This document shows positions 13,401 through 26,300 of a stretch of 64,000 bases of DNA, piece by piece. A program made the translations under genes and the position numbers. Where the stretch lies: positions 12,524,001-12,588,000 of the forward strand of contig OY740805.1 of NCBI GenBank assembly GCA_963514005.1, written 5' to 3'. Within the stretch, counting starts at the first letter, position 1. Each line of letters begins with the position of its first letter. Source of the DNA: Raja brachyura (lineage: Eukaryota). The notes under the pieces were generated by a model, which was given only the letters and a program-made list of their open reading frames with translations, was not told where the DNA came from and did no database searches.

Positions 13401-16400
13401 GCCATTCAGCTCAGCTGATGGCCATCAACAGACTTCAGAGATACAGCGCAGAAACAGGCCTTTCGGCCGACCAAGTCCGCAGCAACCAGCAATACACTAG
13501 CGCCATCCTACACACTAGTGACAATTTACAATTTTACTGAAGCCCACTAACCTACAAACCAGTACATCTTTGGAGCGAGGGAGGAAACCAGAGCCCGCTG
13601 ATAAAACTCACGCTGTCACAGGGGGAACGTACAATCTCCATATGGACAGCATTCATAGTCAGGATCGAACCCAGGTGTCTGGCGCTGTAAGGCAGCAACG
13701 ATACCGCTGTGTTACTGTGATGCCCCCATTTACCAGCACTCGCTCCATCACCTTCTCTGCGTCACTGATTCAAGTGTCTGTCCAAGTATTTCTCAAATGT
13801 AGTGAGAGTCTTGGCCTCCACCACCCCCTCAGGCAGTGCTTTCCAGATTCCAAATACCCTTTGGGGGAGGGAGGGAGGGGGGGAAGATTGATCCTCAGAT
13901 CCTATGTGCCCCTGGGCGGAACAGAAGAGATCTTGTAATGAAAGAATCATGTGAAGGTATTTCTCTCAACCTTATGGCGATGCAGTTGATGCATTAAAAA
14001 CTGCCCCTTTACCCAAATGCTGTGGCCTCTGGTGTTGGGTACTAGGGTGAAGCTCTCTGGCCCTGACAATGAAGCCAGCCTCTTTATGAAATGAAGGCTC
14101 AGGAGCAAGCCTTGAATCAGTGAGATTCACCCATTGGGTCAAGTCTGACAGACAACCTGGCTAAGACAGGCGTCCTACGGAGGTCCATTGTGTGATGCAG
14201 GATCCAGGCGTCAGTTCTGCTCAGGGACAGGATTGCCCGGTACAGGAATGGGTACGGTGAAAATTCTGCATTTCCCTGTCTGGTGTCGACATTTTGCCAT
14301 CATTCAGTTTGGTGCTTTAGACGTGTTCCTTCTTCCCATTAAAACCACGAGGAAGCTTTCACTTCCCTGTGACTCCCTCCCCCGCCCCTAGCTCCAGCTC
14401 TGAGCTGAGCTGTCTGCTTTCACTTCCAGGGAAACCAAGATTGTTGATGGGGGAGTTTGCTCTCTGCTCCTGCCCAATATCAGTGTACTTGGAAGATTCA
14501 GATGAGGAAAAACATTTACACCCAGTGAGTTGTGAATCTGTGCAATTCTCTGCCACAGAAAGCAGTGGAGGCCAATTCACTGGATGTTTTCAAGAGAGAG
14601 TTAGATATAGCTCTTAGGGCTAAAGGAATCAAGAGATATAGGGAAAGAGCAGGAGCAGGGTACTAATTTTAGATGATCAGCCATGATCAAATTGAATGCT
14701 GGTTCGAAGGGCCGAATGGCCTGCTCCTGCACCTATTTTTCTATCATCCTATCGTGTATGGATGACCACGGGGAAGATCGGCTGTTGCGGGGAGCTCTTG
14801 CTCGGCCAGCTGTGGGTCTGCCGTGCCCAGCTAACACAGCCGTGATGGCAATGCTGATGGAGCAGGTTGTCAGGGAATGAGTCTGGTGCACTGTGCACCA
14901 TGCAATGACTGCCAGCAGTGAAACTCTTGGGTGGGAGGACATGGAGGACTCTGCATGGACCCTTGTACAGGAGGGATCCAGGCGATACTTGACATTCAGT
15001 GACTGTGACAGAGCTACAGGCCTCACACACTTCTCCCTGGGACCGCCCATGTCACACTGCATACGTCCCACTGTTCACGTCGGGTACCTGAGTCGCTGGT
15101 GAACCCGGTATCATGCTGGTGTGAAACTGGAGACCAGAACACCACCAACCACAACCCCCACATCTCTCACACTGAACCCTCCAAACTGGCCGTGCAGCTG
15201 AGATCCGAGATCCTCCCGTCACCAAGGGCAACCTCCTGCCTCGGAGGGTCTGCACTTGCCTCCTCTCTGAGTTAAAATCTGACGCCCCTGGTCACAGCCT
15301 GCACGACGGGCCCTCGGTCAGAGGGATGTGTGAGGGTGGATGTGGGATTGGGAGTGGTGTTTGGGCTGGGTGACAAAGAGCAACCTCCTGCCCTGAGGGT
15401 CTGCACTTGCCTTGTGGGGAGAGGGATATTGGGAATGAAACATAGAAAATAGATGCAGGAGGCCATTTGGCCCTTCGAGCCTGCACCGAATGTGTGTGGC
15501 TTGTTACTACAATGGGTGGCAGAGTGGTGCAACGGTAGAGCCGCTCTCTCACAGCGCCATCGATGTGGGTTCAACACTGACCTCGGGTGCTGTTTGCGTG
15601 GAGTTTGCATATTCTCCCTGTCACTGCTTTAGTTTCCCCCTACCAGGGTCCTCCAGTTTTCTCCCACATCCCAAGGGAACACCCAAATGAAACCCAAGCA
15701 CTCACGGGGAGAACGTGCAAACTCCATACAGACAGCACCTGAGGTCAGAATCAGAACACGTGTATCTGGCACTGAGGCAGCGGCTCTACCAGCTGTGCCA
15801 CTGTGCTACCTGGACTACAGAGAGGTTGAGCAGGCCAGGGCTTTATTCCTTTAAGGGCATGAGGCTGAGTGGTGATCTGATAGAGATGTATAAAATCACA
15901 GGCATGGGTATAGGGTAAATGCATTGTTTTATTTTCTCCAGTTTGAGGAATCAAGAATTAGAGGACATTAAGGCGAGAGGGGAAAGATTGAATAGGAACC
16001 TGGTGGGTGTGTGGAACAAACTGCCAGAAGTAGCTGAGGCAGGTACAATACTTCCTCTGGCAGCTTGTGCCATATATTCACCTGGTTCCATTCTGACATA
16101 TGGAACCCAATAGGAATACATGTAGAGAAAAGATCATGAGATCATAAGTGATTGGAGCAGAATTAGGCCATTCGGCCCATCAAGTCTCCTACTCCTGACC
16201 CCATTCTCCTGCCTTCTCCCCATAACCTCTGACACCTGTAGTTTTAGGTTAGATTGCAAGATTTACAGGCATATGTGCCAAACGTGCAAATGGAACGAAC
16301 AGTCGGGGCATGTTGGTCGACATGTTGGGCTGAAGGGCCTGTTACTGTGCTGTGGACTACCCCTCATCCCCACACACGCTGCTTGACCTGCCGTGTGCCC

Positions 16401-19207
16401 AACATTCCCTGTACATTGCAGTGTCTGCAGTGGTTTGAATCCACAGTGGGGAGTGTGTGCAGGGGCTTGAGTGGGGCGAGGGGGCAGGAGGATCACTGCG
16501 GGTTCCCCTGCCTTCCTGTGGCAAGGCTGTGCGGAGCGAGCGATCGGTCGGGTGGTCCGGTGGAAGTCACTGCTGTTGCAGGAAAGCCTAATCCTGCAAA
16601 TAACCCGCTGCCGTTTCAGACTCTCACTGGTCCATTTCAGCCAGCAACCGGTGACGCCTGTGTGCTTTCACCTTTCACAGGCTGTTGCTGGACTGCGGGG
16701 CGGAGATACAGCCGGGAGGATCAGCAGGCTGTGGGTTTGTTGACTCCGGTCCAGGGACTTTCCAGTTAGCACTTCCCAACCAGTACAAAGCGCGTCGCTG
16801 CTCGGTCAGACTCAGCTCTGATGCCGTTCCACAAGGTTAACCCTTTACAGTCCAGTGCTTCCCTCTGAATCCAGTCAGAGATTCCGACTGCAGGGAGTCA
16901 GGCCATTCGGCCCATCACGTCCATACTGACCAGTGGTGACAGTTCCTGAAGAAGGGTCTCAACCGGAAACGTCACCCATTCATTCTCTCCAGAGATGCTG
17001 CCTGTCCCGCTGAGTTACTCCAGCATTTTGTGTCTACCTTACCTATGAATCCCATCTTCCCGCATTTACCACCATCGACTCCCTGGTGATTCATGTGCTC
17101 ATCGAGACTTGTTAGATGCTGTCAATGACTCTGTTTCCATCACTCTGTTTTGCTGTGTATTCCAGGTGCCCACCAGTCCTCTTCTAAATCTCCTCCTCCA
17201 TAACCTAAATCCATTACAGTACTCCAGTTTTATTCACCTCTGCTATAAGAACAGTGTCCCTCAGTCTCCCCCGATACTCATTGTATATACCTCAAATACA
17301 TCCCCTCCCAACCTCCTCCTCTGCAGAGGGAGCAGACACAGCCTCTCCAGATCACTGAACCGCTGCATCCTGGGGAATCTCCTCTGTACCCTCTCCACTG
17401 TAATCACCCCCCCCCCCCCTCGGATGCGGTGACCAGAACTGCACAAAGTATTCCAGGTCATGTCCGACCATTATTGGAGCATAACGCCCTTACACTCTGA
17501 TCTCAGCCCTCACACGCCCACCCCACCTCACCTGCCTTGCAGAACATGACCTTGCCTACCCGATCCTGCTCTCTGTTCAAGGTGGGACCCCAACAACCGA
17601 GGGTCCCAGAGAGTCCCCAAACTCCATCATCTACAGCGAGTGTCCATGAACACGGCAGGAGGAGGAGCACATTCACTCTCTCCTGTCCCATCATAGACAG
17701 AGGTAGCTGATGGCAGGACAGCATCCCATCGTGGCTTTGTGACCCTCAATGCCCTTGGCTATTGATTGTGCTCACCATGTGTCATTGGGTTTGTTCAAGA
17801 AAGTTTCACCCTGCCATGAACAGTCAAGAGTTAAGAGTGCTTAATATTCAAGTCCCCAAACAGAACAATGACATTTTTACCTGCAGCAGCACAACAGATT
17901 TGTAAACACAGTACTCAGTAAATAATAAATAAACAGAAACACTTACATAAATAAATAAATACATACATACATAAGGGGGAAAAGGGTAATTAGAGATGCA
18001 GTCAGCTCTGTGTGGAGCCGCAGGAGATGGGCAAGGTATTCGCTGAGTATTTCTTCTCTGTATTTACCGTGGAGAAAGACAGGAGGACGGAGGGACTTAG
18101 GGCTGTCAATGGAAGTGGCTTCAAAGCTGTGTCATAAGTTCATATGTATTAGGAGTAGTATTAGGCCACTTGGCCCATCAAGTGGGCTATTCAATCTTGG
18201 CTGATCTATCTCTCCATCCCAACCCCATTCTCATGCCTTCTCCCCATAACCTCTGACACCTGTACTAATCAAGAATGTATCTATCTCTCCCTTAAAATTA
18301 TCCACTGACTTCGCCTCCACAGCCTTCTGTGGCAAAGAATTCTACAGATTCACCACACTCTGATGAAATAAATGTCTCCCCATCTCCTTCCTAAAAATAC
18401 GTCCTTTGTTCATATGACAGTCCTGGGATATCAGGACTGTCTTATGCACAAAGACTGCATAGACTCGGTTTATACTCTCTAGAATTTAGGAGATTGAGAG
18501 GCGATCTTATAGAAACTTACAAAATTCTTAAGGGGTTGGACAGGCTAGATGCAGGAAGATTGTTCCCGATGTTGAGGAGGTCCAGGACAAGGGGTCACAG
18601 CTTAAGGATAAGGGGGAAATCCTTTAGGACCGAGATGAGAAGGACTTTTTTCACACAGAGAGTGGTGGGTCTCTGGAACTCTCTGCCACAGAGGGTAGTT
18701 GAGGCCAGTTCATTGGCTATATTTAAGAGGGCGTTAGATGTGGCCCTTGTGGCTAAGGGGATCAGAGGGTATGGAGAGAAGGCAGGTACGGGATACTGAG
18801 TTGGATGATCAGCCATGATCATATTGAATGGCGGTGCAGGCTCGAAGGGCTGAATGGCCTACTCCTGCATCTAATTTCTATGTTTCTATGTTTCATTTTG
18901 AGTCCCAGACTCTCCCACTAGTGGGACCATTCTCTCCACACCCCCTCTATCCAAGCCTTTCACTATTCTGTATGTTCCAATGAGGTCCCCCCTCATTCTT
19001 CTAAACTCCAGCGAGTACAGGCCCAGTGCCGACAAACACCCATCAAAGATTAACCTACTCATTCCTGGGATCATTCTTGTAAACCACCTCTGGACCCTCT
19101 TCAATGCCAGCCCATCCTTCCTCAGACATTGTGCCCAAAATTGCTACCATTATTCCAAAAGTGGCCTTATAGATTCTCAACATTACATCCCTAGAATACA
19201 AGTGGAA
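10429..19207 (+). repeat. Tandem segmental duplication, copy 2
   Basis: Matches 1646-10425. The only difference noticed is C14 (8624-8637) vs C13 (17407-17419). Confidence 0.97.
10504..11513 (+). mobile_element. Duplicate of the Rex1/Babar-like LINE fragment
   Basis: Identical to 1721-2730, within duplication copy 2. Confidence 0.9.
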
Positions 19208-19630
19208 TGGGAGAGGATGTGCTGAAGGGACTATTGTATACGAAGGTAGACAAAACTCCAGGGCCTGATCAGATATATCCAAGGACATTGTGGGAAGCCC
19301 TGGTTGAAATTCACAAGGCGTCTTAAATATAGGAGAGGTGCCGGAAGACTGAAGGGTGGCAAATGTTGTGCCTCTATTCAGGAAGGGCTGAAGGGAAAAT
19401 GCTGTGAATTATAGGCCGGTGAGCTTAACATCTGTAGTTGGAAAGTTATTGGAGAATATTCTGAGGGATAGGATATACAGGCATTTAGTTGGACAAGAGC
19501 TGATTAGGGAGAGTCAACATGGTTTTGTACGTGGGAGGTTGTGTCCCACAAATCTGATTGAGTTTTTTGATGACGTAACCAAAAAGGGTGATGAGGGCAG
19601 AGCTGTAGATGTTGTATACATGGACAAAGC
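19193..19630 (+). mobile_element. CR1 LINE ORF2 fragment (continuation of the piece at ~17975-18120)
   Basis: NYRPVSLTSVVGKLLENILRDRI...QHGFVRGR.C.TNLIEFFD.VT...AVDVVYMD. Confidence 0.85.
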
Positions 19631-21418
19631 AACCATTTTAAGCATGATATTTCAGTTAGGACATTTTACACATTTTACACAGGCCTTGCAGGTATAACCT
19701 CAACCTTTCCTCTAACACAGCTAGGTGACAGCTGGAGGCCCTGCAGCAGCCTGGAGCTCGCCTTGTTCGGGAGCCACTCCAAAAGACTTAGTGCGCAGAC
19801 CAAACTCTGGAAATGGTGCAAAATGTAGCAACTATCACCTAGACAACATGATTTTAGAAAGAGCAATTTTTTATTCAGCAACAATAGAACAAACAGGTTG
19901 TCCAAACAACTAACAAACACACTGTCAGACCCTCTGGCAATGTGGGCCCATGCTCTGGCTGACATCAGTGGTGATGAATGAAGCACACGTTATTAGGACG
20001 TGCAGTCATACAGGCCGTTTGGCCCATTGAGACAGTTTCCATCATCAAGCACAAATCTTATGTTGATCCATTTTACTCTCCCCACATTCCTGTAAATTTC
20101 CCCCTTCTAGTGCTTGACATCCACGTTGGGAGAAAGGTTCTGACTGTTTGTTTTATGCATGCATCTCATAATTTTATATACCTCTCAGGCCTCCTGGAGA
20201 AAACCATGCAGGTTTTTCCAATCTCTGCTTATTCCTAATAGGCAGCATTCTACTGGACAGAGAGCAACTCCTGATGTTATTGGAGACAGGCATCAAGTGG
20301 GACTGAAAGACCATCTGACGGTGAAAGACTCTCCTTGGCCTGTCTGATACATGGTTTCCCAGCACAGCAAGTAGTCCATCAAGGAATGGTGCAAATTGGC
20401 CCAATCCAGACAGCAGGACTACATGCTGAGAGACGCACTGGTGCAGACAACACCAAGGCTCTTGGGGAGGATCACGGTCTAGAGCTTGTTTATTGTATAA
20501 ACCCACTGACTCCCACAACTATCTGAACGACGAGTCTTCCCACCATGCTTCCTGTAAAGACTATCCCGTACTCCCAATTCCTCCGCCTATGCCTCATCTA
20601 CGCCCAAGATAAGGTGTTCCATACCAGGACAATGGATATGTCCTCATTCTTTAGGGAATGGGAGTTCCCCTCTTCCATCGTAGATGAGACCCTCATTAGG
20701 GTCTCCTTGATATCCCGCAGCTCCCACTTGCTCCCCCTCCCCCCGGTCATCACATGGGCAGAGTCCTCACCTTCCTCCCCATCAGCACATAACCCTCCAA
20801 CATTTTTGCCACCTCCCAATGATCACATTGTATGGCGTCTAGGCTCGTTTGTCTGATGAATTACTTTTCTCCAGAGATGCTGCCTGACCCGCTGAGTTAT
20901 TCCAGCAGTTTGTGTCTGTCTAGTTGGTAGGTGAATACAGGTGAAGGTTATTTTTATTGTCAGATGCTTGGACAAAGACAAGAGACAAGAAGACAAAAAG
21001 TCTGAGAAGAATATAAGGGCAGAAGCGGCATGAAATGTGAAGCCAGAGGAAAGACCAAAAGTGGTCCCAACTCAACAATATTAGACTAACATTGACCCAC
21101 TTTAGCCGGCAACTGGTGACGATTCTCTGTTCCCTCGTCTCACTGGGTGATGGTGGGAATAGGGCGGAGTCAATGTTGTGCAAAGCTGTAGATTGTTTTG
21201 TTCAAAAATATGAGGAACTGCAGATGTCTGTTTACCAAAGCAAGACACATAGGGCTGGAGTAACGCAGCGGGTCAGGCTGCATCCCTGGAGAACGTGGAC
21301 ATGTGATGTTTCGGGTCGGGATCCTTCTCCAGACTGATTGGGGGTGGGGGTGGGGGAGAGTAAGCTGGAGAATAATTATTTAGTTAAACCAGTTTCTAAC
21401 AGGGCTGAACCTCACCCT

Positions 21419-21456
21419 GGGACTTTCCCGTTTTCACTTCCTTGCTTCTATTTAAA
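21419..21456 (+). promoter_or_regulatory. Candidate distal enhancer: NF-kB site + Ets/IRF composite element
   Basis: GGGACTTTCC (21419-21428) followed 2 bp later by TTTTCACTTCC (GGAAGTGAAAA on the minus strand), then TATTTAAA, in apparently non-repeat sequence. Confidence 0.55.
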
Positions 21457-21736
21457 GGTTCTCTCACCAGCATAATGTATATTGCTGTTTGGCCAATAGT
21501 ATGCTTGGTTTGTGCACGGAAGGTGCCTTCATTTGATGCTTCTCAACCTTTAACCAGTAGACGGGGAGTAGTTAAAGACATGTCAGCTATTTCCCACACT
21601 TTCCTTCTTACCCCCACACCTATCCATATAACCATATAACAATTACAGCACGAAAACAGTCCCTCTCGGCCCTTCCAGTCCGTGCCGACCATTTATTTTC
21701 CCCTAGTCCCATCTACCTGCACTCAGACCCGTCCAT

Positions 21737-21868
21737 NNNNNNNNNNNNNNNNNNNNNNNNNNNNNNNNNNNNNNNNNNNNNNNNNNNNNNNNNNNNNNNN
21801 NNNNNNNNNNNNNNNNNNNNNNNNNNNNNNNNNNNNNNNNNNNNNNNNNNNNNNNNNNNNNNNNNNNN
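21737..21868. other. Assembly gap (132 N)
   Basis: Run of N. Confidence 1.
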
Positions 21869-23129
21869 CTGGATTGATTCAGGATACTTCTCCTAGCCCA
21901 TACTTTCCATTCCGCCAGTCTCCACCTACATACATCATCCTTCACAATTTTCACCAGCTCCAGCAAGGTTCCTCCACCAGACACAACTTATTTCCACTGC
22001 CTTCAGTAATTCAAAGGGATCATTCACCATCACTCCCTGCTCCATCCTTCCATCTACCAACCACACCCTGTTTTATTGCATTCCCCGTACAAATGCAGGG
22101 ATCCTTTCACCTCTTCCCTCCCCACCGCCCAGATACCAGCAGTGATGGACTAGCACTTTTCATTATAGATACAGCACAGAAACAGGCCCTTCAGCCCACC
22201 GAGCCCACAGCGGCCTGTTTTCACTGACACTACATTCAATTATAACCTAAAGGCAACTTACAGTGGCTAATTAACCCACATATATTGAGGATGTGGGAGG
22301 AAAGAAGAGCAACCAGGAACCCACGCTGTCCCAGGGAGGACGTGTAAACTCTCCACGGATATTTGAGGTCAGGATGGAACCGAGGTCGCCGGCTCTGGGC
22401 AGCATCTGTACTGGGCTGCACTATTGTCCACATCCCTGATCTCATTGAGTGACCTCATTATTCCAGCGTAGCGAACTCCATTCAGTGTTCACAGTGGACA
22501 AGCCAACCAGATTGGTCAATGGCTTGGCAAAGAACCTGTGTTTAGTCCGTGATTTGAGCTCCGTGTTGCTTCAATTCCCCACTCCACCCTGACCGTTCTG
22601 TGTGTGTGTGTCTACACTATTACACCCAGGCCCAACACACGCATCGATGCCTCATCTTCTGTCTGGGCAATTACAGACTTCTGGGCTCAATATTGAATTC
22701 TCCCACTTTAGGTATCCCATAATTTACTTCGGTCAACTTCGGAACTGTGATTCTGGCTCTGTGTTCCTCTCTCCATTAATGTTGACCTGACATCAGGTCA
22801 GTAAAGGGTTCATGAGCCTGAGAGCCGTGAGCTCCAGGTCGAAGAGCACCTTCTGCCCAACAATAATCAGGCTCGTGAACTACACTGCACAACACTGACC
22901 ACAGTCTTACCCCTGCAGCGGTGCTATTGAGCTTACTATTGGAGGTTGTTCTGCACACTCCAGGACCTGGTTCTCGCCTTCAAACTCAGCGGCGGGAGGG
23001 GAAGTGAATCTAAACGCGTAAACTATTCAGTTCAACGCCAGTCAACAAATGTCTTCCCCTCCAATCATCTCCGCTGACAGAAGCGCCTCCTCTCGCCACA
23101 ATGCGGCAAGTTCAAGGCTTGGTGAAATT

Positions 23130-23197
23130 CAGAGCTACTCTGTGTGTAGTTCACCTGGAAACTGCTGTCGCGTACGAATCCCAGCTGGTGATTGGCT
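23130..23197 (+). promoter_or_regulatory. MHC class II S-X-Y promoter module
   Basis: X1-like CCTGGAAACTGCTG (23154-23167), X2-like TCGCGTA, Y box GTGATTGG (23188-23195). X-Y spacer is exactly 20 bp. S box only weakly recognisable (~23131-23137). Confidence 0.85.
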
Positions 23198-23323
23198 CAC
23201 CGGCCCTCAGTCGCATGTCAGTCATAGACAGATCCATCAGAAAGTGAGTGAGATAGAAACTTGGCTTCAGAGAGAAACTGGCGACACACTGAGCGGAGCT
23301 GGTGCTGGCGAGGGAGATCGAAC

Positions 23324-23387
23324 ATGGGAGCTGTTTACTTGTCTGTGTTGGCGATGGCTGTAATATGCGGAGCCCGGGCTGGAAAAT
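23324..23387 (+). CDS. MHC-IIA: MHC class II alpha exon 1 (signal peptide)
   Basis: aacATGG start; MGAVYLSVLAMAVICGARAGK + T, then donor GTAAGT at 23388. Phase 1 matches exon 2 (T+AC = Tyr). Lies ~130 bp downstream of the Y box. Confidence 0.9.
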
Positions 23388-26300
23388 GTAAGTAATTAAA
23401 TTGTAACATTTAACAGAAATGGACGTCGGATCTCTCGGGATGAGTTGGTGTTATTATAAGGACACACGAATCATTCTGGTCTCACTTGGGTCTATTGTAA
23501 CTGCAGAAAGATACAACATATTGGAGAAACTCAGTCTGATGAAGAGTCCCGGCCCGAAATGTCACCTATGATGTTTTCCAGTGAAGGTGGACAAAAGTGC
23601 TGGAGAAATTCAGCGGGCGAGGCAGCATCTATGGAGCGAAGGAAACAGGCTACGTTTCGCGACGAGACTCTTCTTCAGATGATGCTGCCTCACCCGCTGA
23701 GTTTCTCCAGCATTTTGTCTACCTTCGATTTTCCAGCATCTGCAGCTCCTTCTTAAACATGTTATTCAGTGATCCTGTCTGATTCGCTAAACTATTCCAT
23801 CGTTTCGTGTTCTTTGGTGACCCAGCTTGTGCAGTTCCTTCATTCTCTATTGTAACTGGGGTCTGTCAGTATGGACACACTGATCTGTTTTGTAGTCAAT
23901 GCCCCCTACTATGTTCTGTTGTGCTGAAGCAAAGCAAGAATGTCATTGTCCTATCAGGGACACATGACAATAAACTCTCTTCAACTTGAGCGTGAACTGT
24001 CTTGGTCTCGGGATCTCTTATTTTTACAATGCTAAAGTAACCCACACCTCGCTGATGTCTCTCGGGGAGTACAGTCCGGGTCACACGATCCTCACGGTGT
24101 CTCCAGAATCCCCAGCTCACTCCCTTTATATGGAAACGTTGTGGTCTCAGTTTGTACTAGATTGAGCCATGGGGGTTTGAGACGTCTGTTCCGAGTGAAG
24201 GAACACAGTCTGTGACCGGATGGGAATGGGAGCGGGGAGAAAGCCGGGGGGGGGGGGGGTGACGGGGGGGGGGGGGGGCAGCGAGGGTCGGTGAAGGTCT
24301 GTTGCGCCCGACAAACCCTGGGAGGGGGCGGGGGGTGAATTGAAGAGGAGACTGTGGTCTTGGACGTGTGTGTGTGTGTGTGTGTGTGTTGGGGAGTGGT
24401 GGGGGGTTACATAGACTGCCAGAAACTGTCTGGCCGGTGTTTAGGTTGAATGGTAGGTAGGATGCATTGGATCCGAGTATATTTTTCGACCCGGAGAGTC
24501 GTTGGCATCTCCGCCTGTCCCGCTCTTACATCTGCAAGTTATTGATGGCAGACTTTACCTTCATGTGGAAAGGCAGGTTGAATAGGAATAGTCACCATTG
24601 GTTTGATCATGGGAAATCCTGCCTCACTAGTTCCTATGAGCCCCACTGTTCAGCTATTGCTCCCCCCTCCCCAGATATACAAATGTAGAGTTCCCCGGGA
24701 CCACACCTTTCATGCCACTGGCTCTGCATCCAACAAATCATTCTCCAACATTCCCACTGCCCTCAACATGATCCAATGCCCAGTCACATATTCCGATCGC
24801 CACCCATTTCAGCTTTACCGAGACCGCTCATCCCTCCCCACCCACTCTCCAGGACAAGTCATTATCCCCATTAACCGCAGGATAAGTATCACTCTACCGC
24901 CACTCTCGACTCCATCCAGGGACCCCAGCAGCCCTTCCAGTTGAGACAGAGGTTGACAAGCACCTCTTCAAACCGCGTCTATTACAACCAGTGCTCCCGG
25001 TGTGACCTCCTTTGCATCGGCAAAGCTAAGCATAGACTAGGCAACCATTTTGCTGAACACTTGCACTCGATCTGCCACAGCCTGCGGGAACTCCCAATCC
25101 CCTTCCCATTCCCACATTGATCTTTCTATCCTTGGCCTCCTCCTTTGCCGCAGTGAGGCAACATACAAATTACCTAACATTCTGCTTGGGTAGTTTACAA
25201 ACCAACAGAATGGACATTGAATTCTCCAATTTCATATAATACCTCCCCAACGCACTAACCCACCATTTTGCCAAGTCTCCCTGCTACTTTCGCCTTCCTT
25301 GTACATTCAGCTCGCATTCCCGAATCACCCATTTTCCTATTATCCCCCTTTTTCTCTTCCCCCTAACCCCTTCCACTCACATTCCGCCCATTGTCTTTAC
25401 ATTTCACTCCTCTCCTTTGACATATTTTTGACTCCTTGATTCATATGCCAACCACCCCCTGTATCCATCTATCACTTTGACAGGTTTTAGAAACATAGAA
25501 AATAGGTGCAGGAGTAGGCCATTCGGCGCTTCGAGCCTGCACCGCAATTCAATATGATCATGACTGATCATCCAACTCAGTATCCTGTACCTGCCTTCTC
25601 TCCATACCCCCTGATCCACATCTAACTCCCTCTTAAATATAGTCAATGAACTGGCCTCAGCTACCTTCTGTGGCAGAGAATTCCACAGATTCACCACTCT
25701 CTGTGTGAAAAATGTTTTTCTCATCTGGGTCCCAAAAGACTTCCCCCTTATCCTAAACTGTGACCCCCTTGTTCTGGACATCCCCAACATCGGGAACAAT
25801 CTTCCTGCATCTAGCCCCACCCGTTTTTCAACTTTCTCTCTCCACTACAACCAGTCTGAAGACTGGATTTATAACTGTTCAACATTAGGATCATAGTTTA
25901 ATATCTGTGTATATATATATTTCAAAGTCAGTATTTATTGTGTTTAATATTTGGGTTTATCAGTTCAATGTTGCAGGTTATTAATGTTCAATATCAGTGT
26001 GTGTGTCTGCATATAGATGTGCTCTACGCTGATCTCACTGTCCTCCATTCCCTTCTCCTTGGAAAGTACTCATTTATTACCTCTCCTACATCCCCAGACT
26101 CCAAGCACAAAACGCTGGAGTAACTCAGCGGAACAGGCAGCATCTCTGGAGGGAAGGAATGGGTGACGTGTCAGGTCGAGACCCTTCTTCAGACTGATGG
26201 CAGGGAAGTGGATGAGATAGAATGTAGTCGGAGACAGTAGGACTGGTAGGAGAACTGGGAAGGGGGAGGGGGTGGAGAGAGGAGGAAAGTAAGGACTATT

